A stretch of 45,029 bases of DNA from Octopus sinensis (GCF_006345805.1 NW_021834882.1:1-45029), one strand, 5' to 3'; numbered from the stretch's first letter, positions 11,737-23,998 are shown. Numbers and translations: made by a program. Notes: a model not told the origin generated them from the sequence alone.

Positions 11737-11960
11737 TCTTTTACTTGTTTCAGTCATTAGATTGCGGCCATGCTGGGGCACAACCTTGAAGGATTTTGGT
11801 AGAACAAACTGTACTTATATTTTTAAAGTCTGGTACTTCTCTATTGGTATCTTTTGGCGAACCGCTAAGTTACCGGTATACTAACAGTCAAACATCGGTT
11901 GTTAAAAGTTCGTGGAGTAGAAACACTGACTCAAACTCGCACAGACATAAGCATACACAC
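11737..11960 (-). mobile_element. SINE family A, 3' half
   Basis: Reverse complement ends GCCCCAGCATGGCCGCAATCTAATGACTGAAACAAGTAAAAGA and shares CGAACCGCTAAGTTAC with 1873-1965. Confidence 0.8.
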
Positions 11961-12529
11961 ACAGGCGCACACATGAACAGTTCTACCCAATGCATTTATT
12001 CGTACATGTAGATATTTGTAAACAGGTGGGTACATTTAGGTGTATCAGCTTCAGGTCATGGGATTCTTTGGTGGTTGTCAAAAAGGATATATGAATGTAG
12101 AGGAAGTTCTTTGGTCAGTGGATGTTTTCTTTCTTATTTCTGGTTTTATTGCTTTTAATCTTTTGCTTCGGAAATGTAAAGGTCGAAGTTCAAAATTTAG
12201 TGTTTGGATGCGTCTTTTTTTCTGAATTGAAATTTTTAAGAGAGCTACCAAACGATGATGGCAGGTGATATGCTTCACCTGGACACTAAGTTTCTTTACT
12301 TGTTGATGAGACTTAGGGTGTATCCTGTTTGTATTAAGAAGGTGGAGCGTATTAGCCGGGTATGTTATAGTGTTCTTAATATAGAAATTTCTTTTTGTTG
12401 CGTTTTGCTGCACCCAAGAGGATGTGGGTAGGTACAAAATTTGTAGGTCAATATATTTCTATCAGTGCGTTCGTTGCTCTATCAGCAATTTCATTAATAA
12501 GCAGAAATTTTAATCTGTGGATTTTATAC

Positions 12530-13019
12530 AGACGGAGTATATATATATATATATGTATATGTGTATGTATATATATTATATATGTATGTATGTATATACA
12601 TATATATATATCTATATATATATATATTATATATATATATATTTATATTCAGTACATTTACATACAAACATAGATATGTACAGCGAGATTTCCTGCAAAT
12701 CCGAAGTTTAATCATCCACATCTTTTATAGCATGCATGAGATGTTATGTAACTTTGTTTGTTATTTTTTCGCTCTCTAGACTTACTGGCGTCATTGTCCA
12801 ACTTTCACGAACATTAGTTGAGCACTTCTTTTTAACTATTTACCTCCCTTTAATTTCCGATGCACTCTATATAGAACGCTCCCTCTCATATTAATGCGTG
12901 TTATATATATGTTTACACACACGAAACACACACATGTATGTATATGTATGTACGTATACATGTATGTTATATATATATATATATATACATATATGTATAT
13001 GTATATATATATGTTTGTG

Positions 13020-13053
<34 letters not shown>

Positions 13054-13066
13054 ATATATGTTTGTG

Positions 13067-13102
<36 letters not shown>

Positions 13103-13281
13103 TACTATATATTATATATATATAGATATATATATATATATAAATATACCTATACAAACGTGTAAGTTTTATAGTATTTAATGAATTTTTCATTTATGAA
13201 ATAACTGAACGCCACCATCCTCAATTTTTCTAACAGTAAGTATATGTCTATCTATCTATCTATATATCTATCTATCTATCT

Positions 13282-13312
<31 letters not shown>

Positions 13313-13579
13313 GCGCGGGGTGTCTGCCTGTATGTAATGTATACACCCACACACACATACACACATATATATATACCTGTATATATGTATATTATATATA
13401 TATATATATATCTATATATATATATATATCTATATATTATATTTATATATACATATATATTAATCTATATATATATATATACATTTATATATATAGTTAT
13501 ATTTAGTATAGTAATATTATATATATATTCTTATCTTTATCTAATCTATATCTTATATATATATAATATATTTATCTAT

Positions 13580-13610
<31 letters not shown>

Positions 13611-13620
13611 TGTATATCTA

Positions 13621-13714
<94 letters not shown>

Positions 13715-13720
13715 TATATT
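12530..13720. repeat. (TA)n/(TCTA)n microsatellite field
   Basis: Directly visible. Confidence 0.92.
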
Positions 13721-13989
13721 ATATACATCATACAATGCATGGCACGTATTGTGTACTGCACTACCAGTGGTCCGTAACAAACTTTATTTCCCATGATAAG
13801 CAACAACAACAGCAACAACAAGAATAGGGATCAACAATGCTAATCTAATCGATAGTAATGTACAACTATTAGAAGTAGTTCTCTTTCTCATCTCCTCATT
13901 GATTGTAAAATCGATATGAAATCAATCGAACGGACAAATCGATGACGTTTTCGAAGCTCGGACGACTGCGGTATTCTGTGTGGTTTAGG

Positions 13990-14620
13990 TGTTGTTTTTG
14001 TGGTGATTGGTGGTGGTGGTGGGTCGATGGCGGGGGCAGCCGAGGGGGACGTTGGTGGTGGAGGTGTTGGTGGTGTCGGTGGTGGTGGTGGTGTTGATGG
14101 TGGTGATGGTAGTGGTGGTTTTGGTGTTGGCTGTTATGAGTGTTGTGGTGGGGCGGGGTAGTGGTAGTGGCAGGAATGGTGGTGGGTGAGAGTGCGCTGA
14201 TCGTGATGCCCGTTTACTGGTCTTCTTGATGTAGAAGTGCAGTGTTGTTGTTGCTGTTTCTGTTCTACTGTGGTGTTGATGTTGTGGTGGTAGTAGTTAT
14301 GATGTCCTGGTGATTGTAGTATAGAAAGGGCTGAGAAGTAGTGGTGGTAGTATGCATGCTGCGATAGTAGACCGATATTTTGGTGGTGGTTGTGGTGTTG
14401 GTGTTGGTAGTGGTAGCATCGATACTGGTGTTGCAATGTTGTTATTGATGTTGCTGTTGTTGATTTTCCTCCTGTGGTTGTTGATGTTGTTGTCATTGTT
14501 GTTGTTATTGATGCTGTTGTGAGGGAGACGCCGGCGATGGTATTGTTGGTGGTATGGGTTGTGCTCCTGTTGTTCTTGTAGACGAGATCAGTAAATCTTA
14601 ACTGTTGTTATTGGGGTTGT
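13990..14620. repeat. Degenerate (GGT)n/(GTT)n array
   Basis: Directly visible. Confidence 0.9.
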
Positions 14621-14624
14621 TGTT

Positions 14625-14990
14625 GTTTAGTCAACAGCTTTGATCGAGCTGTCTTATGGTCAAAAGAATTCCAAGCACGACCATCCCGCATTTTCGTCTA
14701 TCTGGAACAACGTAGTGTAATCTATTGTTAATATTTGTCTCCATTGGGAGAACAGGACGCAAAGCAGCATAACTTTGGCAACGGTTTGCAGCTGTCCCTA
14801 TGGGCCTTCCCCACGCTGCTATTGCTCTGCAACGCACTCATCTCCCTTAAGGGTTGTCCACCGTAGGGTTTGCCTTGTAATGTTGGAAACAGGTCGCCAT
14901 AGGGCATGTCCCAGCCAACATAATCTAATATATTGTTTTTGGAAGACAACTGGGTATGAGTTTGTTTGTTATTTCTAGCACGTCAAACGA
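14625..14990 (-). mobile_element. Probable SINE-like relic interrupted by an insert of about 220 bp
   Basis: Minus-strand ends (CGTTTGACGTGCTAGAAATAAC... and ...GGGATGGTCGTGCTTGGAATTCTTTTGACCATAAGACAGCTCGATCAAAGCTG...CTAAACAACAAC) resemble a repeat I recall from octopus sequence; not checkable within the window. Confidence 0.4.
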
Positions 14991-15026
14991 CGCCGTAGGA
15001 TGTCTTTCAATGAGGAATCGACTCAC

Positions 15027-15143
15027 TTTAAACCAGTCCAACCATGACCAACTGCTTTGTCTTCTGGAACATTGCTTTGCACCATGTTTGTTTCTATTCC
15101 TATTTCACCAATGTTTGTGGTCAATGTCCTCATCTGGCTATTT
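15027..15143 (-). CDS. Candidate 117-nt symmetric (phase 2-2) exon, xNSQMRTLTTNIGEIGIETNMVQSNVPEDKAVGHGWTGLx
   Basis: Acceptor TTTATAG at 15150-15144, consensus donor AA/GTGAGT at 15026, only one open frame, unique sequence; the WTGL ending weakly recalls the C-type lectin WIGL motif. Confidence 0.38.
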
Positions 15144-15174
15144 CTATAAATATTCGTGATAAACGTACATAATT

Positions 15175-15248
<74 letters not shown>

Positions 15249-15369
15249 TTATCTATCTATGTGTCTGTCTACCTATCTATACCTTCAAAAGAAAAGCTCT
15301 ACCTTGTAATTTGTTCTATCTGTGTGCAGCCCTGTGTGGCTAATAAAGAAACATATCTATCTATCTATC

Positions 15370-15400
<31 letters not shown>

Positions 15401-15639
15401 CTATTTATCTATCCGTGTGTGTGTCTGTGTGTGTGTGTAAATATATAATATCATTCATATATGCATATATTATTGTCTGGAGAGGGTCATTCTCTTTTAA
15501 TGACTTATTAAATAACACACGCACCGGTTCGATTTCCACTCATTTACCTATTTATTTTTTTCTAAATTTTTCGCTGCTTCTTGCAACCTCTTCAATAATC
15601 GTTGAAGATGTTCGTTATCAGAGCTGCGTTCTTTTTGTT

Positions 15640-16262
15640 AGAAGTTTCAGAACGGGAGAACAGGAAACCATGTTGGTCCTCTGTAGGACATTTTTCCACA
15701 GCCGTTTAGACAACAGCTCTCATCCATGACCACCACACAGTGTAAAATTAACGACGGAACTCGAAACACTCCAGCAACTGTGAGAGACTGAAAATTTAAG
15801 GCTCCAGCATCGCGTCCCCAGGACAAAGGCGGGGTAAATATACAGTGATGCACATCTCGAACTTTGGCAGTGAAGTTTACACAAACAAAAGAAGGAGGCA
15901 CCACTGCATGGCACCGAAGATCCCCAACATCATCAAGACAGAGGACCTGATGCTTGGATTTCAAAGGCCCGCAGTTCTACAATATCCTCCCCAAACTTCT
16001 GAAAGACGTAAATTGGGGTGAATGTCGGTGACTTCAAAAGAAAACTGGATCCCCTCCTGTCAAGAGTTTCAGATGAAGGTGCATCGCAGCAAGAAACGTA
16101 AATGAAGAAACCATCTCCAAACTCCCTCATTCTTCAAATGCCACATAACAGAGGAGGTTTCAAGAAGTGAAAGTGTAGGAAAGCTGACGGCGGTGTCACA
16201 GCATGGCCGCAGCTCCTCTCGATCCGAAATTAGTAAAGAATAAAAGATAACAAAAATAAAAG
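15640..16262 (+). mobile_element. CR1-type LINE 3' region including 3'UTR tail
   Basis: Frameshifted translation ERLKI...; FKGPQFYNILPKLLKD; VNVGDFKRKLDPLLSRVSDE (GPxLFNxLP...FKxxLD..L..VPDE motif); tail GGCGGTGTCACAGCATGGCCGCAGCTC...AGTAAAGAATAAAAGATAA. Confidence 0.8.
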
Positions 16263-16329
16263 ATATACAACAATGATGGCATCGTTTAGAAAAAAAAGGA
16301 TTGTCTTGCGTTAATTTGATAAAAGTATT

Positions 16330-16376
16330 TCGATGTCATAACAATTATAATGATAATGATGATGATGATGATGATG

Positions 16377-16409
<33 letters not shown>

Positions 16410-16423
16410 TAATAATAATAATA

Positions 16424-16458
<35 letters not shown>

Positions 16459-16522
16459 TAATAATAATAACAATGATGAAGATGATGATGATGATGATGA
16501 TGATAATAATAATAATAATAAC

Positions 16523-16556
<34 letters not shown>
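16330..16556. repeat. (TAA)n/(GAT)n compound microsatellite
   Basis: Directly visible. Confidence 0.95.
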
Positions 16557-16558
<2 letters not shown>

Positions 16559-16581
16559 AGCATCAGGTGTAATTTTTACAG

Positions 16582-16676
16582 CATCTTTGGTTGTTTGGGA
16601 TTCCATTGAAAAGTTAATTGTTGCAACAACACTAAATAACAAAGATTCTGACACCGTAATTGCTACAGGAAGTAAG
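16582..16676 (+). CDS. Candidate 95-nt exon (xSLVVWDSIEKLIVATTLNNKDSDTVIATGSK), product unknown
   Basis: Acceptor AATTTTTACAG, perfect donor AAG/GTAAGT, open frame (phase 1 to phase 0). Confidence 0.42.
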
Positions 16677-17032
16677 GTAAGTTATATTCGCGGCTCTTTC
16701 GCCATTAATAAGAAATTGCCCATTAACGCTACTTCTTATCTAATTACTGTGACGTCTTCGACACACAAAAAGTTAATTAGAGCCTTTCCTATTTGTGATG
16801 TCACTCTTCATGACAATATTTATTATAATATCAAATTTTGTTAGTCATCAACAATTGATGATATTTGTAAGGGTTTCTTCCCGGGTCAAAGTTTTTATGC
16901 CAACTCACAAAATTATTGAAATTCATTACAATGATATCTACCCACGCTTTCAATTAGTGAACTGAATAATATACCTGTTGACCCTTTTCAGATGCCAAGG
17001 TTTTGAAAATAAGTTAATTCTACGCCGACAGT

Positions 17033-17256
17033 TAAGGCGGTGAGTTGGCAGAACCGTTACCGCGTCGGACAAAATGCTCCGCGGCATTTCGTCCGTCTGT
17101 ACGTTCTGAGTTCAAATTCCACCGAGGTCGACTTTACCTTTCATCCTTTTCAGGGTCGATAAAATAAATATCACTTGAACGCAGGATTCAATGCAATCAC
17201 CTGGCCCCCCCTCTCCCGAAATTGCTAGCTTTGTGCGAAAATTTAAAATCAATATT
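17033..17256 (+). mobile_element. tRNA-derived SINE (family C)
   Basis: TAAGGCGGTGAGTTGGCAGAACCG...GAGTTCAAATTCC (B box)...GAGGTCGACTTTACCTTTCATCC; homologous to 36701-36931, 42030-42190 and 43490-43666. Confidence 0.87.
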
Positions 17257-17438
17257 ACTCGACCAATTGATGAGTTTGTTTCTTCAAGATGTACCCAGAT
17301 TTTAGTTCTAAGAAATCCTAATAAGCTAAAAATGGCCGTTGATTAATCAGGAGTTGTTAACTTCTTTAGATGGTTATCTCCGTTTAATCAAAATGTTAAA
17401 AAAATAATATCACAAAATATTAAATTCTTGGCAGACAG

Positions 17439-17501
17439 GGGTTAAAACAAGCCAGTTACCAATTCCAGTTTCATAACGATGATCAACCCGTCACGTTATT
17501 T
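17439..17501 (+). CDS. Candidate 63-nt exon (GLKQASYQFQFHNDDQPVTLF)
   Basis: Acceptor TTCTTGGCAGACAG, donor GTAAGT at 17502, open frame; phase 0-0 if the second AG is used, compatible with 16582-16676. Confidence 0.33.
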
Positions 17502-18180
17502 GTAAGTGATGGAAATTTATGTCCGTTTAATAAAAGGTTTTTTGATTGAAGACTTCTGCAGAAGTTTTAAAAGACAATTCTTGATTTAAAATACTGTTAA
17601 TCAATTAATTAATCAACAAATTAAATGTGGTTATATTGATGACATCATTGAATGTAGATCAAGGATGAAGGAGAATTGCCAAAATTTATATAAGTCTAAA
17701 AGAGTGATCAGACCATATCAACTGACATTAAATAACGACTAAATGACAGCAGCCCCACTTGGTAAAAACGGGTGCTTTTGTTGGACATCCAGCAGGACCA
17801 GAAACAAATATATCAAAGGATGGACGAATTCCGTAGAGAGTTTGGACATTTAACGTCTGGGTGTAACTAACCCTTAGTCTTTAAGACATCTCTCTAAGAG
17901 AAGGAAAATTCGAAAACAACACTAAACTTACTCTTGTTTATCTTTGAACTATTTGGCTTTGGAGGTGAGAGTCTTAACGATGTTGGGGAAACTGTTATTG
18001 ACTCACAATTTCAGCACGGCCATTGTTGATATCCATCGTATTCAACATGAAGGATAATGAAATTTGTCAATAATAGTCATACACGTCTACGAATTGACAG
18101 CAGTAATATACATCAATATATATGTATATATATAAGTGTGTGTGTGTTTGTGCATGTATATGTATCACTCTCTCTCTTTT

Positions 18181-18250
<70 letters not shown>

Positions 18251-18896
18251 TGTATGTATGTATGTATGTATACATTCAAACAATCTGAAAAATTTCTAAT
18301 GCCACTTGTAGCCAACCCAAGAAAAGTTTATATTCCTGCAGGAACTCTTCTCCTGCGAATAAGAAAACACAAAACCATTTCTGCGACGATCTTCTACGTC
18401 TCCAGGCGGAATCTACGTTATTTAACTAAAACACAGTTACGTTTATCAATTCCTCATAAACCATTATTAAAATTGTAAAAATGTAATTTCGAGTGTTCTC
18501 CAATATTTTGTTGTTACGAGTCAGACAGACGATCGATTGTTCTCGAATCTTTTGTAGTTACGAATAGAATAGATAATATGACCATCTCGTTGACATCAGT
18601 ACTTTCATCTGATGTCAATGAGGTGGTCATATCTGGAATATTATTGCGAAATAACAATTAGATTGCAAGAACATTAACTACTCTTCAGTAGAATAACCGA
18701 ACCATTATTAAAAGAGTTCGGAAATGAAGACATTGGATGATTGCAAACCTCGTCTTTTCAACTCTTTACAGAACAAGAAGCAAGTATTTTCCTTTTATTT
18801 TCAACAAAAGGCGTTCATCAAAGGTTAAAAATTATTAAAACGGTTGTCAAATAGAATTGTCAGTATAGACGGATGCTATGCAGTATCATCCTGGAT

Positions 18897-18899
18897 GCG

Positions 18900-18964
<65 letters not shown>

Positions 18965-18966
18965 AA

Positions 18967-19033
<67 letters not shown>

Positions 19034-19205
19034 ACACCTAGCTGTCTTCTGTCTACTGTAACCATTTCCTCAATATATACACGCTGTATATGCCTGTCTT
19101 TATCTAGCCATCATCTACACACTGATCCTCTAATTAATATATACACTCTGTATTTATGTCCATATGAAGTCATCCTTATTGGAAATTTAATCAATATATA
19201 TACTC

Positions 19206-19245
<40 letters not shown>

Positions 19246-19277
19246 CCTATCTATCTATCTATCTATCTATCTGTCTA

Positions 19278-19315
<38 letters not shown>

Positions 19316-19340
19316 AATCTGTCTGTCTCTCTGTCTATGT
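18897..19340. repeat. (TCTA)n/(TCTG)n arrays
   Basis: Directly visible. Confidence 0.93.
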
Positions 19341-20264
19341 ATCAGTCAGTCTCTCCATCAAGTCATCCTCTCCACTCAGCAACCGTCCAACCAATGTTTG
19401 CACTCTTTATCCATCTATCCCGTTTTACACTTCTCTCTAATCATTCACTGGATATAGATTTTATTATCGCAGCAATCTAGTTGACGGCTGTTACAGACAA
19501 AGTTATTAATAAGAGAGGATTATTTTCAACAATATATATCACTGCATATAAATTTTATAAATAGTTCACATGGTGTTGGAAATTTTATTATCGCGTTTAC
19601 TTTCTTGCGTGCCAAGTCAGAGAACACGAAATTGTTTTTCATCATATTGATTAAGTAAAAGGCTTTTAGTACATCTCGGTAACTTTATTTCGAATAGTAT
19701 CAGACGTTATATTCTGTGAAACACATTTGCCGAGATCGGCATCAGGTCATTTGCTTTTCACTGTTTCCAAGTTGGTTGACATAAAATTGTCCTTGAGACG
19801 ACGAAAGTAAAAATTAATAAATGAAAAATAAAAAAAAGAAAAAGAAACGGAAATGAAACAAAAAAGAATCTCGGCTTTCATGAAACAAGATAAAAATTCT
19901 TTTAGAGCCAGAAGTTATTAACGACACGAGTTTCCTTTAGTTTCTGCTAAAACAAAATTTATGATTCAGCATAAACATTTGTTAGATAATCCGAAATAAC
20001 ATCACAGATTCGGTTCTGCGTGGAGGCCAGTGACTCCACAGACGACAGCCAAGTGAATGAGTCTCTGATTTCTTTTCTCGGCACCTGCGTCGCATTCTCT
20101 CACTAAAACTCTTCACTGTTTCTGAATGGTAGCACATTTTCAGAGCCGATAATCTCTCCAAGTAGGAGTAAAACGGTTCAAGTTTCGAGAGCAATTAACG
20201 GCGATGCGCTTTAGTAAAAAAAGAAAAAAAGAAAAAAAAACCCAGCCCCCACAAACCCAAATAC

Positions 20265-20359
<95 letters not shown>

Positions 20360-21119
20360 GTATGTCTGTCTGTCTGTCTGTAAGACTGTCTGCCTGTCAG
20401 TTTGTCTGCCTATTACCTAACTTCTTTATTTCTGTCTGCTATAAGCTTATATGTACGTGGATCGGTACGCACATACACACACATACAAACATATATAACA
20501 CACACATAAACATATACACACACATATATATTACATATATATAGATAGAAACATACTTACATATATATATATATATATTTAACCAGATATACACAAACCT
20601 ATGCCAATAAGAAAAAATGGAATGACAAGCTGGGGTGGGGGTGAAAGGTGGGAATACGAAGTCAAAAAGCAAAGTAACGAATATACATACATACATGCAT
20701 ACATACAGACACACACACATATATCTATATATATATATATAGACATACACACACATATATATAGGTGGGTAGATAGATATGTGCGTATTTATATTAAACA
20801 AACAACCCCTCTCTTCCCTTTTACCACTAAGAAATATCCTCAGGGTTTCTACACGTTGTTATTCTACCGTTTTGGCCCCAGGGTGGAATGTGTTGTAACG
20901 CATTTTCAGTGATGTATGTGTGTGTATGTATGTTGTATGCGTGTATGTGTATGTGTATGTTTGTGTGTGTGTGTCTGTATATTTACGTCAGTGTTGTTGG
21001 TGTTTTGGTGAATGTATTTTCGTGTGTGTGTGTGTGTGTGTCATTGTCTATTCCACCCCGGGGCTAATTTAAATATACCCTGATTACTTGAAAGATACAA
21101 GATGATCACAATAATAATG

Positions 21120-22044
21120 AAGGCTTCCTATTGTTGTCCTTCTTGTTCTTCTTCCTGCTCTGGCCCCCTGCTCTTCTTTATCTTCTTTTTGCTCTCCTTC
21201 TCTTCTTCCTCCTCCCCCCCATCCGCCTCTTCTTCTTCTTCTTCTTCTTCTTCTCTTATTTCTCCTCTTTCTTCTTGTTCTTGTTCTTGTTCCTCCCTTC
21301 CTTCTTCTCTTACCTTTTCACCTCCCCTCCCTCTTCACCTCACCTCCCTCTTCATCTCTCCTCCCTCTTCACCTCTCCTCCCCTTCACTTCCCCTCCCTC
21401 GTCACCTCCCATCCCTCGTCCCCTTCCTTTTCCCTTCCCGCTTCTCCCCCTCTTCCACTTCCTTTTCCCGTCCTCTCCTACCCTGCTCCTGCACTTTCCC
21501 TGTTCTCTCTCCTCCTCCCCTTCTTCTCCTTATGCTAATAAGTATGCCTGTAATGATGACGATGATGATGATGGTGACGAAGAGCATGAGCAACGTGAGG
21601 GTAGCCGTATTGCTAGAGGTTGTAGTACGAGTGGCGATGATGGTGATGCTGCTGCTGCTGATGATGGTGGTGGTGGTGATGATGATGATGATTGTGGTGA
21701 TGAAGATGTATATAATGATGATGGTGATGAAGACGATGATGGTGATGATGATGTGATGATGATGATGATGAGATGATGATGATAGTGATGATGATGGTAA
21801 TGATGACGACGACGACGATGACAATGTTAAGAGATATTGTTAAATCGCCAATAATCTCAAAAAGTGTTCTTCCACTGGCATCAGGCCATAAATTCCAACA
21901 ATTTCTATCCGACTGTGGCCAATGAACCGTGCCTCCACAACGCCACAGATGGTGTGGAATTGTCATCAAATAAACACTTCATCAAATTGACATTCAACAA
22001 CGGGTGGTGTTGGCGACAGGATGATGGCGGTGACGGTGATGGTT

Positions 22045-22086
<42 letters not shown>

Positions 22087-22265
22087 TTTATGATGACAGT
22101 GTTGATGTTGGTAATGATGATGATGAGGAGGAAAAGGAGGGGAAGATGGTGATGGTGTAGTGGAGGATTTTGGAGATGATGGTGGTTAAAATGATGACGA
22201 TGATGATGATGATGATGATGGTGGTGGTGGAGCTGGTGGAGATACTGAAGATGATGATGATGATG
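21120..22265. repeat. Polypyrimidine (TCT/CCT) tract followed by (GAT/GGT)n arrays
   Basis: Directly visible; 21120-21530 is very pyrimidine-rich on the plus strand. Confidence 0.92.
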
Positions 22266-22399
22266 AAGTACTCTTCCAGCAACGCTGGACATCGTTTTAA
22301 CAATCGTTCTCTCAAATGTGCCAGTGAATAACCTTCTGTATATTCGCTCAAATTGTTCAGAATAGCAAATGCTTATCAACAAAATTATATTTTGCGGAC

Positions 22400-23440
22400 T
22401 TCCAACCAGTATGATCCTCTTCTCAACAAGAAGACCGATTTCAACTTACATACATCAGCACTAGTGGCACCGTAGGTCCTGGGTAATTTAAAATCTACTC
22501 ATCTTAATCGGCCCACTAAAAACACCCTGTTAAAACAACTTGTCTCCAGAAAACGTGGAATTATATCAAACAAATGAAAAATCCTGTAACTGTCGCGCAT
22601 CCAATTTATGCCCTCTTGAATGTTTTTGCTTACGCAAAAATGTGTTATATAAATCCAGATTGATGACACCCCGAAACCACAAGGCAATGTTATATATTGG
22701 GAGCACTGTAGACTGTAAGTGTAAATTCCGTCCACACATTAATTCTTTTATAAACCCTACAACCAAATTTTCTAATTCATTAGCACAAAATATACAGTAC
22801 AAACTACCCTGGTCAATAGTAACAGAAACGTATGTTACTATTTACAATTAATATACACGTAAATGTAAACTCTGTATTAAACAATCATTAACTATTCTGC
22901 GTATGTATAATTCTTCGATGTTAATCACATTTTCAGATGTTATCTTCTTTTGTAGACACAGGTATTATTCGCCCTTAGAATTGGCTAACTCTTCATAATT
23001 TCAAAATAAATTATTATTCAAATAAATCTGAATTGTAAAAGCTTTATTATATCTTCTCATCTAACCATCCACCTATAATATTTTAATAGGGGTATATTCT
23101 TCCCTCTTACTATTCTCTATATAAAAGATACTCGCCTCCGTTATGGTAAGTGTAGCCCTTTATAAAGTCTGACAATTTTGAATTCCACCACATCTACATA
23201 ACAAATGTAAACCTATCAGATGGTAACTTCCCTGAAGAAGGCGGTGGTATGAAATAATAGATTTAGAATCTATTATATATTTGGATCACCATGCACCCCA
23301 GAAACGGCCTCGGACCTTAAAGACTCATAACCTTCCATATCCAGTTATAACATTCTACAGAATATAAATGATATCAGGAATGAAACGGGTAGAGTGTCAA
23401 GAGTCCAACGGCTGTTTCTGGCGGCTTGGTGGTCCGTGAA
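22400..23440 (+). mobile_element. Penelope-like element (PLE) 3' remnant: GIY-YIG endonuclease plus HHR-bearing terminal region
   Basis: ORF 22540-22851 reads CNCRASNLCPLECFCLRKNVLYKS...MLYIGST...KFRPHINSF...SNSLAQ...PWSIV, i.e. a Cys-rich linker plus GIY-YIG as in PLE ORFs; hammerhead motifs follow at 23229-23314 (+) and 23403-23423 (-). The left boundary is approximate. Confidence 0.8.
23229..23314 (+). ncRNA. PLE-associated type-I hammerhead motif with extended stem II, probably inactivated
   Basis: UCC-CUGAAGA-AGG...(10-bp ATAATAGATT/AATCTATTAT hairpin)...CCA-GAAAC-GGCC-UC^GGA; stem I UCC/GGA; G16.2 is missing relative to the inverted sister copy GAAACAGCCGTTGGAC. Confidence 0.62.
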
Positions 23441-23740
23441 CTCGATAAAGTGGAAGCAGTCAAATTATTCCTTTCTCGTAAATAAATATCATAACGCGAG
23501 ATAACTATTGTTCCTTTTCCGCCATTCATATTCTAAGTTAAAATGAAATATTTTGCTGAGTGAGTTTATTCTAATGAAGCTGCCAGAGGTCTCCCCACTC
23601 TCTCTCTCTCTCTCTTTCCACATACATACATACATACATATGTATCTGTGTGTCTGTATGTGTGTTTATACATATAATATCTCTCTCGTTCTCTCTCTCT
23701 GCCTCTCTCTCTCTATATGTAGTACACCACACAACACACC

Positions 23741-23789
<49 letters not shown>

Positions 23790-23998
23790 CTGTAAATAAC
23801 ATATATATATATACATATATATGTATATATATATATATGTTATTTACAGATGCATATATGTATATATAGACAAGTATGTAGATAAATAGATGCCTATGTA
23901 TTATAGATATATAGGTAGGTAGAATGATAGGTAACAGTTATAAACTAAATATATGAATATATACATATATATTTATATATATGAACATGCATACATAT

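Noticed and set aside
7818-13708. Numerous YI/CV/HT/LSIY-repeat ORFs here and throughout the window
   Set aside because: They are translations of (TA)n, (TG)n, (CA)n and (TCTA)n microsatellites.
13935-13970. GAGCTTCGAAAACGTC on minus as a hammerhead right half
   Set aside because: No CUGANGA upstream and no stem I.
17990-18100. Minus-strand exon ending at ATT/GTGAGT
   Set aside because: All three frames from the nearest acceptor contain stops.
18660-18700. Minus-strand CTGAAGAG core
   Set aside because: No GAAA at a usable distance.
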